Assembly: GCA_043747615.1 (NCBI GenBank)
Contig: JAYTOU010000013.1
Coordinates: forward strand, 1-33,427
Direction of reading: 5' to 3'
From: Myxococcales bacterium
Lineage (GTDB): Bacteria > Myxococcota_A > Polyangia > Polyangiales > Polyangiaceae
DNA length: 33,427 bases
The stretch's first letter is position 1, and every line of letters starts with the position of its first letter. Made by a program: the position numbers and the translations under genes. Below the pieces are notes generated by a model. The model was not told where the DNA came from. It made no database searches and saw only the letters and a list, made by a program, of their open reading frames with translations. Below, one piece after another: positions 19,574-28,620 of the stretch.

Positions 19574-21214
<1,641 letters not shown>

Positions 21215-21297
21215 TCAATTGAGTTGGTCGAAATTTAATTTGGTCCAGCATCGACAAGGTGAGTGCGACGCCGAGATGCGGCCATCCCGGCAAGCAA

Positions 21298-21591
21298 TCA
21301 CTTTTCGATCACGCCGAGGATGTCGTCTTCGCGGACGATGAGGCGCTCTTCGCCGTCGATCTTGACCTCGGTGCCGCTGTACTTGCCGAAGAGGACGCGG
21401 TCGCCGACCTTGACGTCGAGCTTGCGGATCGTGCCGTCTTCCAGGACTTTGCCGTTGCCGACTGCGAGAACTTCGCCTTCGACGGGCTTCTCTTTTGCGG
21501 TGTCGGGGATGATGATCCCGCCCTTGGACTTCTCTTCTTCTTTGACGCGCTTGATGATGACGCGGTCCTGCAGGGGACGAATGTTGGACAT
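21298..21591 (-). CDS. groS: Co-chaperonin GroES
   Basis: [31 protein letters not shown]. Confidence 0.99.
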   Translation of the reverse strand: MSNIRPLQDRVIIKRVKEEEKSKGGIIIPDTAKEKPVEGEVLAVGNGKVLEDGTIRKLDVKVGDRVLFGKYSGTEVKIDGEERLIVREDDILGVIEK

Positions 21592-21681
21592 GGGTTCTTC
21601 CTTTTTCGGTTTGGGGGGAAAGGTTGGGGAGCCGGCTGGAAAACCGGCCCGAAGCGTGCGGGCAGCCCTCGCGGTCGATTG

Positions 21682-21708
21682 TTAGCACTCGACGCAGGTG
21701 AGTGCTAA
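21682..21708. promoter_or_regulatory. CIRCE element (HrcA operator)
   Basis: Perfect TTAGCACTC-N9-GAGTGCTAA upstream of groES. Confidence 0.97.
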
Positions 21709-21721
21709 CGACCCGAAGCGC

Positions 21722-21749
21722 AACATAATCGCCGCGAGCGGGTCGTCAA
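21722..21749 (-). promoter_or_regulatory. sigma70 promoter of groESL
   Basis: Minus strand TTGACG-N16-TATGTT directly upstream of CIRCE. Confidence 0.7.
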
Positions 21750-21918
21750 GGCGCCCGGAGCGAAGACTTCAAAAAAAGTACTTCAGCGTAAACTCTCGTG
21801 ATCTCAATGGAATTCGGCGCCGAAGCTTAGAATTGCCGGGGTCGGGCGCTGTAAGGGCAAAAGAGGTAGCAGAGCACACCGCTGAGTGCTGGCGCGGTTT
21901 TGCTCGGCGCGTAGCGCA

Positions 21919-21934
21919 TGGTCGCGAAATTGCA
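21919..21934 (+). promoter_or_regulatory. Putative sigma54 (-24/-12) promoter
   Basis: TGGTCG-CGAAA-TTGCA with GG-N10-GC spacing, about 42 nt before ATG 21977. Confidence 0.5.
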
Positions 21935-21976
21935 CTCTTTCCTGGCGCCCCGTAGAGATCAGGAAGGAGCTCAACG

Positions 21977-22582
21977 ATGATCGTCGCCACCAACTCCATT
22001 TCAGGTTTTTTTCACGAGGCGGTCGAAGACGCCATCAAGACGCGGCGCGTTGAAGTCACCGATGGAGCCACGACCTATCTCGTGTCCCTGCTCTCGGACT
22101 TCGCCCGGCCAGACACCCGCGCGGAAGAGACAATGGAGCGCCCGCTGTCGTTTCTCCTGGATGAGGCACTCCACACACCTGCCCCAGGGGAGCGGTTCGA
22201 GCGGCTCAGGTCACTCGGAGACGGCGTCCTCTATACGTGCGGCTTCTTCGGCGACCACTTCGAGGCGCGGGGCGTCGACCAAAAATACTTGATCGCGATA
22301 GGAACTACCGCCTACGGCGCCGCCAGCGCGATGATGCGGGTCCCCGGTTCGGACGAGAAGAGGAAGATCGACATCTTCGGCGAGCTCGCCGACAAGTTCA
22401 CCTGCTTCGTGGGCGTCGTGGCCGAGGTAGCCGACGTGACCATTGCCAAGGGGTCGGCCGGATCGCGCGGTCTCCTCAAGCTGTACGAGCGCTGGTTGAG
22501 AACAGGAAGCGAGAGCCTCGCCCACGCTCTCACCGAGCACGGGCTCGTTCCGACGCGAGGGACAAAGGGAACCCTTCAGTGA
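21977..22582 (+). CDS. Conserved hypothetical helical protein
   Basis: Strong AGGAAGGAG RBS; LRSLGDGVLYTCGFF..RGVD..Y..G..AY and LYERW motifs. Confidence 0.8.
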   Translation: MIVATNSISGFFHEAVEDAIKTRRVEVTDGATTYLVSLLSDFARPDTRAEETMERPLSFLLDEALHTPAPGERFERLRSLGDGVLYTCGFFGDHFEARGVDQKYLIAIGTTAYGAASAMMRVPGSDEKRKIDIFGELADKFTCFVGVVAEVADVTIAKGSAGSRGLLKLYERWLRTGSESLAHALTEHGLVPTRGTKGTLQ

Positions 22583-23229
22583 CGCGGGCGCTCGAAGGAA
22601 ATGGCGCGGGGATCGTTCGCGAGCACGCCATTGCCGCCGCGGTGCAGCGCAGTCTCGAGCATCTCTACGGGATCGATCGCGTCGCCGATGTGCACGACTT
22701 CATCGAGGTCGCGGAAGAGGGCGAGCGCGAGACGCTCTTCGTGCGCGAGGCGCAGGACGGTACACTCGAGATGTCGCTCCGTCTGCCTCCCCTCGCGAAA
22801 AAAGAGTTCGCAGTCGAGAGCAGCGCGGATCTCGATCCGTTGTGCCAGCTGATCGAAGGCGTGAGTCACTTCGTGTACCTGGCCGAACGGGCGCGCGTGG
22901 ATCGGGAGGCGACCCAGCTCGAGCTGGAGCTCCAAGCCGAGGTCGACAAATACGTGGTTTTGGCCGCTTCGCTTGGGAAAATGGAGGTCCGCCACAGTGA
23001 GGCCCTTCGCATGCGACTCTACGACAGCGTCTCGTTCAACGACGCGGAGGGCAGCGAGCTCGGTGACCGTTACCGCATGGCCAACGACCTTGCGGGCAAA
23101 TTCGTCCGCAGGCTGGAGCGCGACTTCATCGCCAAAGGGCGATACGCCGAGCTCCGTCACCAGCTCCGTCTCTTCTTCCACATGGGGCAAGAAGAGAAGA
23201 TGCGGGTCAGCCTGGCCCGAGCGGCGTAA
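22579..23229 (+). CDS. Conserved hypothetical protein with EGVSHF / LELELQAEVDKY motifs
   Basis: GTG at 22579 overlaps the upstream TGA (GTGA); this is the C-terminal part of ORF 22237..23229. Confidence 0.75.
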   Translation: MTRALEGNGAGIVREHAIAAAVQRSLEHLYGIDRVADVHDFIEVAEEGERETLFVREAQDGTLEMSLRLPPLAKKEFAVESSADLDPLCQLIEGVSHFVYLAERARVDREATQLELELQAEVDKYVVLAASLGKMEVRHSEALRMRLYDSVSFNDAEGSELGDRYRMANDLAGKFVRRLERDFIAKGRYAELRHQLRLFFHMGQEEKMRVSLARAA

Positions 23230-24070
23230 CGCCGAGGGTCGTCGGGTCGATCGTGAGGTCGACCGGTCGCGCCACCACGTGCTGGCGATATTTTCGGGCG
23301 ACGAAGCGTTCGCGGTATGCGAGCTCCGCAGCGCGGGAGACACCGACGACGAACCAAGCACTGAAGGCCGAGGAGGCGACGGCACCGACGACCGGCAGGA
23401 CCCGGGCGCCGCGCGACCTTGCGAGGTTTCCGGCCAGCGCGCCGATCGTTTTGACGATGCCCGCAAAGCCCGACACCTTCGCGATCGAATCAGTCACCTC
23501 GCCGAGCGACTCTTCCATCATGTCGGGTTGACTGCGTGGAGACAGAGCAGACAGCAGAACGCCCGCGACGAATTTTTGCTCGGCGGGATCCGACGTGTCG
23601 AAGCCGTAGTGCTCGGCATAGTCGTTCACCGCGCGAAGGCCGATGGCGATAGTGACCGCCGCATTTGCGATCAATCCGCCGAGGCCGAACCCGCCGGTGG
23701 CGAGCCCGAGGCCGCCTGCTGCAGCAACGTATTTGGATCGCAGCCCTTCGGCGATTTCGTCGACTTCCCAGAGATCGAGCTTCGCGATTTCTTTCGTCGA
23801 CTGCATCGCGAAGTGCCCACCCTTGCGGAACGCTGCGAGAGTCGCGCCCGCGCGGATGGACTTCTGCGCACCGGCGTTGAGCAGTGCAACGACCGAGCGG
23901 ATCACTCCGCGGAGAAGCACCGCAGTCTCAGCGCCGCCTGCGGATGGCGGACGCGCTTCGATCGACTTTCCCAGGTGTACGAGCGTCGACAGCGGCGTTC
24001 GATAGGGTGTCTTCCACGCGAGGACGTCCTCCAGCGCGGATTTTTCATATTGGCTGTAGGTCGCTTCCAT
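23207..24070 (-). CDS. EcsC family protein
   Basis: YEKSAL..W, GLATGGFGLGG, AEHYGFD, LPVVGAV, AYRERF; GGGAGA RBS. Confidence 0.8.
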   Translation of the reverse strand: MEATYSQYEKSALEDVLAWKTPYRTPLSTLVHLGKSIEARPPSAGGAETAVLLRGVIRSVVALLNAGAQKSIRAGATLAAFRKGGHFAMQSTKEIAKLDLWEVDEIAEGLRSKYVAAAGGLGLATGGFGLGGLIANAAVTIAIGLRAVNDYAEHYGFDTSDPAEQKFVAGVLLSALSPRSQPDMMEESLGEVTDSIAKVSGFAGIVKTIGALAGNLARSRGARVLPVVGAVASSAFSAWFVVGVSRAAELAYRERFVARKYRQHVVARPVDLTIDPTTLGVTPLGPG

Positions 24071-24121
24071 GTCGTTCTCCCGCGGCGCCCCCGACGTCTC
24101 CGCGTCTCAGGGAGCTAGATG

Positions 24122-24137
24122 AGCAAGCGGTGCGCCA
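24122..24137 (-). promoter_or_regulatory. Putative sigma54 promoter for the ecsC-like gene
   Basis: Minus strand TGGCGC-ACCGC-TTGCT, near-consensus -24/-12, about 52 nt upstream of the ATG. Confidence 0.65.
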
Positions 24138-24350
24138 CGGAGCATTGGAGCGGAAAGCCGCGCTTTCACCCGAACCGTAAGCCTAGCTTATGTGATCGGT
24201 GTGTCACACGAGGCGAAAGGCTACACGAGTACGGTTCCCATGAGACCGCGGGGCTATCCGCATGAAATGGCTTTTCTGAGGCGGCACGTCGCTTACGGAG
24301 CTTCCCGTGAGGAGGGGTCTCTTCGGAACCTTTTAGCCGCCCGGTGACGC

Positions 24351-25037
24351 TCAGCGCCCTGCTTTGCTCGGGCGCCTCAGGAGAATGGTGCCGCCGCAGG
24401 GGACGTCCACCGTCTGAGCTTTGTCTTTTCCGACGCGCACGACGTGCTCGCCGCAGGGGACGATGAGCGAGGTCGTCGGCGTCAAGCGGTTGCCGTCGAC
24501 GGTGATCGTCCGCGCGCGCGGACCGAGGGTGATGGTGCCCGCGAGGGGGGCGCTGGGGATCGCCGCCTGCACTAGGGCGGATGCCGCACGCGGAGGCGCG
24601 CTCTTCGTCATCTCCGACGCGCGTATGAGCACCGTGGTCGCACGGGGTACATCGCTGGATGGGCTCGACGTGAGCGCGGCTTGCATCCCAGCGCCACCGA
24701 GAATCAGGACGGAGAACAGCATGGTCCCTCCGACGATCATCCGAAGGCGGCGAGCGGGCGGCGGCCGAGTGTCGATCTCGAACGTAGACTCGGCGCGGCG
24801 CGCCTTGATCGTCGGCCAGCTCATCACAGGCGGCACGGCGATGTCGACCTCGAACGGAGCGATCGAAGGCGTCTCGTCACGGCCGAGCAGGCGCTCCTCG
24901 ATGATGTCGATGCCGCGGATCTCTTGGGTCTGCGTCGCGGAGGTTTGGGGTCGCAACTCCGTGCATGAGAGCACGTCCTCGACACGGACTTCTTGGGTCG
25001 CGTTGGTATTCGGAGCGTGTCGCGTCATGCGCGACAT
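24351..25037 (-). CDS. Hypothetical single-pass membrane protein with PEGA-like C-terminus
   Basis: One TM helix; C-terminal ITVDG...VPCGEHVVRV...VDVPCGG. Confidence 0.6.
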   Translation of the reverse strand: MSRMTRHAPNTNATQEVRVEDVLSCTELRPQTSATQTQEIRGIDIIEERLLGRDETPSIAPFEVDIAVPPVMSWPTIKARRAESTFEIDTRPPPARRLRMIVGGTMLFSVLILGGAGMQAALTSSPSSDVPRATTVLIRASEMTKSAPPRAASALVQAAIPSAPLAGTITLGPRARTITVDGNRLTPTTSLIVPCGEHVVRVGKDKAQTVDVPCGGTILLRRPSKAGR

Positions 25038-25168
25038 AGTGCTCGCAACCCGTGCGAGATCAAGCGACGACGGGGGCCTTTTGGGCCCCGCGCCACCGTC
25101 AACAGAACTTGGTGCTCGCTACGGAATCGCTTTCGATTCAGCCCTAGCGTGCACCAGCCCGACACTCG

Positions 25169-26473
25169 TCAGCCGGTTTTGCCGCCTGCCGATCCCTTCG
25201 CTTCTGCGCTCGCCTTGACGTCGATCGATACATTCACGTTGGCCTTGATGCTGGCCGCCGCGTCGATCGCGCCTTTGAACGGAGCGACCACGCAGCTCGT
25301 GAGCTTGAGTGCCGCTCCCGGGTCGCCGCTCGCCTTCGCCATGGCCCCCGCAGAGGTCTGCAGACCTTCGACGATGACCTTCACATTGTCGGCCATTTTC
25401 CCGGCCCGTCCTGCCATCCCGACGGCGACCTTGAGCACCAGCGGAAGGTTCTTTTCGAGCGCGGCTTTGTAGGTCGCTGCGACCTTGCCGTCCGTCGCGC
25501 CGTCGACGCGGATCGCGACGGAGGCCGGCGTGCATTCCAGTTTTCCGTTCACCTCGGCGTCGCAATGCGCTTTGCATTCCGCGCTCACCTTGGGGGGCGT
25601 GATCTCGCCCTCGCACTTCGGGGCTTTCATCTCCACCGAGCACGAGCCCGAGCACGTGCCATCGCACTTCGCTTTGGCCTTGAGCTCACAGCTACCGCTG
25701 CATTTTCCTTTGCACTCGCCCTTGCCGTGCGCGTCGCAGCTTCCTTCGCAGGTGCCCTTGCACTCGGCTTGCGTGTTCTTCCCGTCGCACTTGCCGTTGC
25801 ATTTTCCTTCGCACGTTCCCTTGAAGCTGGCGTCGCAGCCGCCCTCGCAGGTGCCGTCGCATTTGGCGCCGCCCGACACGTCGCAGCGCCCGGAGCACTC
25901 ACCGCTACAGGTGCCCGCGAGCTTGCCCGGCTCGCACTCCACCTTGGCCTGGCCACCCTTGAAGCTCGCGTCGCATTTGCCGGCGCAGTCGGTCATCAAG
26001 TCCATCGAGGCGTCGCAGCGCGGCGGACGGATGTCGAGGGCGATCTTCGCGTTCGCGCCGAGCTTGCCCTTGACCTCGCCGAGCATCTTGAGCGCGGCCT
26101 TGCACGTGGTCTCTCCGCTCTCTGCTTTGTAGTCCGCCGTTCCGCCTAGATCTTTTGCGAGACCGCCACAGGCCTCCTTGAGATCGGCATCCATCTTCGC
26201 GGCGAATTCCTTCAGCTCGACGGCGGCCTGCACGCCCGCTTTGAGCTTGCCTGCAGCGTCGGCTTGGAGCTTGAACTCGGCGGCGAAGTCGGCCTTCGCG
26301 ATGGCATCGAGGCTCGCCATATCGAGTGAGCACGAGCCGGGCGCGTCCGGCAGCTTGGGTGCGCCGGGGATTCCGTTGGCGGCGCCGCAGTTCATGATGA
26401 ACGGCGAAACGAGCCCGAACGCGAGAATGGGTCCGAGGATGGTGCTTTTCTTCTTCATGATGTCGTCTCCCAA
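25169..26473 (-). CDS. Lipoprotein with long CxGxC repeat tract
   Basis: Signal ending IMNC (start probably ATG 26458, GGAG RBS); long run of CxGx repeats (CEGKCNGKCDG) flanked by helical regions. Confidence 0.8.
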   Translation of the reverse strand: MGDDIMKKKSTILGPILAFGLVSPFIMNCGAANGIPGAPKLPDAPGSCSLDMASLDAIAKADFAAEFKLQADAAGKLKAGVQAAVELKEFAAKMDADLKEACGGLAKDLGGTADYKAESGETTCKAALKMLGEVKGKLGANAKIALDIRPPRCDASMDLMTDCAGKCDASFKGGQAKVECEPGKLAGTCSGECSGRCDVSGGAKCDGTCEGGCDASFKGTCEGKCNGKCDGKNTQAECKGTCEGSCDAHGKGECKGKCSGSCELKAKAKCDGTCSGSCSVEMKAPKCEGEITPPKVSAECKAHCDAEVNGKLECTPASVAIRVDGATDGKVAATYKAALEKNLPLVLKVAVGMAGRAGKMADNVKVIVEGLQTSAGAMAKASGDPGAALKLTSCVVAPFKGAIDAAASIKANVNVSIDVKASAEAKGSAGGKTG

Positions 26474-26506
26474 AAATCAAAGTGGTGTGAGCGCGACAGC
26501 CTACAC

Positions 26507-27721
26507 TCAAGGAAGCCGAATCGGCGGCTTGATGCGGGCGACTTGCGTGAGCTCGTCTGGGCATGGCGCGTGCGCGGCCGCGTCGGGATTCGTCGACTCG
26601 CAGACGCTCTTCACGTTCGCGATCGCCTCGGCTTCGCTCGCGCCCCACACGCGCGCGCACACGATCTGCTCCGCAATCGAATGATTGTTTGGGACGTACG
26701 AGCCGCCGTCGAGCTTGATCGCCTTGGGCTTCGCGCGACACGTTCGCTTCACCCAGCTTCGCGCGACGAGATCGGCCTCCGTGAAACCGCCGTCCTCGAG
26801 CGCGTGCGCCAAGAACATCGGCGCGAGCCACGGAGACTCGACGCTCGAAAACCAAGCCGCCGGCTTTCCTTGGTAAGGCCCGCGCGTGAGGATGTCCGGT
26901 CTTCCGTCTTCGTCGACGTCTTCCATCTTCACGATCGCGGGAAAGCGGCCGCCGCCGTAGACGCTTACTTTCCCGTTTCGGAACGTCCATAAGCTCGCCG
27001 ACACGAGGGTGTATTCGGGGGCGTCGCGTGCCGCCGAAATGAGGAGCTCGGGCTCGCCGTCGCCGTCGGCGTCGAAGGTTTGAGCGAGGGTGAGCGTCGT
27101 TTCCACGTATGGCGGAAAGAGATCGAACGCGGCCGTTCCGCCATCGTGATCGGTGAGGTCCTCCGAAGACAGCGCGTCGGCAAACGATGGCGAGGTGAGA
27201 GCCACCTCCCCGTTCGGAGATACGTGGGCAACGGCAAACGTCACGGTCACGTGCGTGCAGCGCTCGTTAGGATCGGTTGCCGGGATCGACTGGGCGCTCG
27301 CCGAGGTGATCGCGACCGTCCACGCCGAGCCCGAGTCGCTGACGGAGCAGGCATGCCAACGCGCACGCGCAGCTTCGGCGGATGCAGCGCAATCGGCGTT
27401 CGCTGCAGCGACGGCGCGCAGCTTTTGGTCGTTGGCAAGAAGGACAGACGCGCAATGTGGGTTGAGTGCCTCCGCCGCCGGCGCGTTTGCGTCGTCCGCC
27501 AGGGCGGCATCGGAGCCGTCGTTCGAAGCATCGAGGGAGTGGAGGAGAAAGGGCGCGTCCGGCGAAGCATCCTTGACTTCGACGGGCTGAGGCTCCGTCT
27601 TTCCCAGCGCGGCTTCGCGCGTTGCTCTGCGCTCCTCGAGGATCTGAATCCCGCCTGCGAGCAGCACCGCACAAGCGATCGTGATCAGGATCGTGCGTGT
27701 GCTCGGGGCGGTCTTGGTCAT
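26507..27721 (-). CDS. Exported/membrane-anchored hypothetical protein with FG-GAP/VCBS-like loops
   Basis: N-terminal TM helix; DADGDGEPEL and DVDEDGRPDI Ca-blade motifs; paired Cys. Confidence 0.65.
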   Translation of the reverse strand: MTKTAPSTRTILITIACAVLLAGGIQILEERRATREAALGKTEPQPVEVKDASPDAPFLLHSLDASNDGSDAALADDANAPAAEALNPHCASVLLANDQKLRAVAAANADCAASAEAARARWHACSVSDSGSAWTVAITSASAQSIPATDPNERCTHVTVTFAVAHVSPNGEVALTSPSFADALSSEDLTDHDGGTAAFDLFPPYVETTLTLAQTFDADGDGEPELLISAARDAPEYTLVSASLWTFRNGKVSVYGGGRFPAIVKMEDVDEDGRPDILTRGPYQGKPAAWFSSVESPWLAPMFLAHALEDGGFTEADLVARSWVKRTCRAKPKAIKLDGGSYVPNNHSIAEQIVCARVWGASEAEAIANVKSVCESTNPDAAAHAPCPDELTQVARIKPPIRLP

Positions 27722-27855
27722 GAATGCACCGGAGTGTGGAACATCTTACCGTCGGAATCTCGAGCGCGGCGATGTTCCGACCGCGCAACGCCGAAGGGAC
27801 TAGGAGCGGATCACCGGCTGGTATGACGCTGCGGTCATGTGCGCGCGGAGCGAGC

Positions 27856-28620
27856 TCACCCTGGCGCGCCGAGCACGGACGCGAGGAGCTCCTCCACTGC
27901 GTCAATCGGAGCCAGCGTGCCGACGATCCACGTCTTGCGCCCCGGGCTCCTGCGCACGAGCGTGGGAGTGACGATGATGCCGTCGTCTTCGAGGCCCTGG
28001 TACCATGCGTCGTCGCCCCCATGCGCGACGTCGACGATGGTCAGCCGGAACCGCTTCGGATCGAAAGGTTTGAGCGCCCGATGAAGATTTCGGATCGCTT
28101 TCTGGGACTCCTGCGAAGTGCTGGTGACGTAGAGAACGAGCTCGAGCTCGGCGGCGCGCGCGGCACCGATGTTGACCACGGGCGCAGGAACGATCTGCCT
28201 AACCGCGTCGCTGATCGTGCTGAGTAGAACGCCGAAGTCGATCGGCTTGCGCAACACCCGGAAGCCGGCAACCCCCGGCGGCCGCCGCTCCGAGGTGAGG
28301 ACGATCACGGCAGTGCGCTCCAAGAAGCCTTTCGTGGCCGCATGCTCGAGGAGCCAGGCTCCTGTTTCTTCGCTGAGATTGTAGTCGGTGACGATGATGT
28401 CGTAATGGGCACCCTCGAGCTGCGCGAGCCCTGCCTCGGCGCTGGACACGGGCGTGACGTCGAAGCCGGCGTCGACGAACGCTCCGGCGATCATGTCCCG
28501 GAGATCGTCGTCATCCTCCACATAGAGGAGCTTCGTGGGGAGACCGGTGAGCAGCATGGTCGCCGATGGGGCATCTTTCGTCGGGAGGGCGAAGGCTTCG
28601 AGGGCGGCAAGCTTACTCAT
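27856..28620 (-). CDS. Response-regulator receiver fused to a KaiB-like domain
   Basis: REC: VEDD, IIVTD, LTS, RKP. KaiB: LVLYVTSTSQESQKAIRNL..LTIVDV..IIVTPTLVRRSP..IVGTL. 8-nt overlap with the kaiC stop. Confidence 0.88.
   Translation of the reverse strand: MSKLAALEAFALPTKDAPSATMLLTGLPTKLLYVEDDDDLRDMIAGAFVDAGFDVTPVSSAEAGLAQLEGAHYDIIVTDYNLSEETGAWLLEHAATKGFLERTAVIVLTSERRPPGVAGFRVLRKPIDFGVLLSTISDAVRQIVPAPVVNIGAARAAELELVLYVTSTSQESQKAIRNLHRALKPFDPKRFRLTIVDVAHGGDDAWYQGLEDDGIIVTPTLVRRSPGRKTWIVGTLAPIDAVEELLASVLGAPG

Noticed and set aside
21873..21903. AGCAC-N8-GTGCT palindrome and TGGCGC..TTGC
   Set aside because: Wrong spacing for CIRCE, and GG-N9-GC is wrong for sigma54.
22237..22578. N-terminal part of ORF 22237..23229
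   Set aside because: It overlaps the upstream gene; the coupled GTG at 22579 is a better start.
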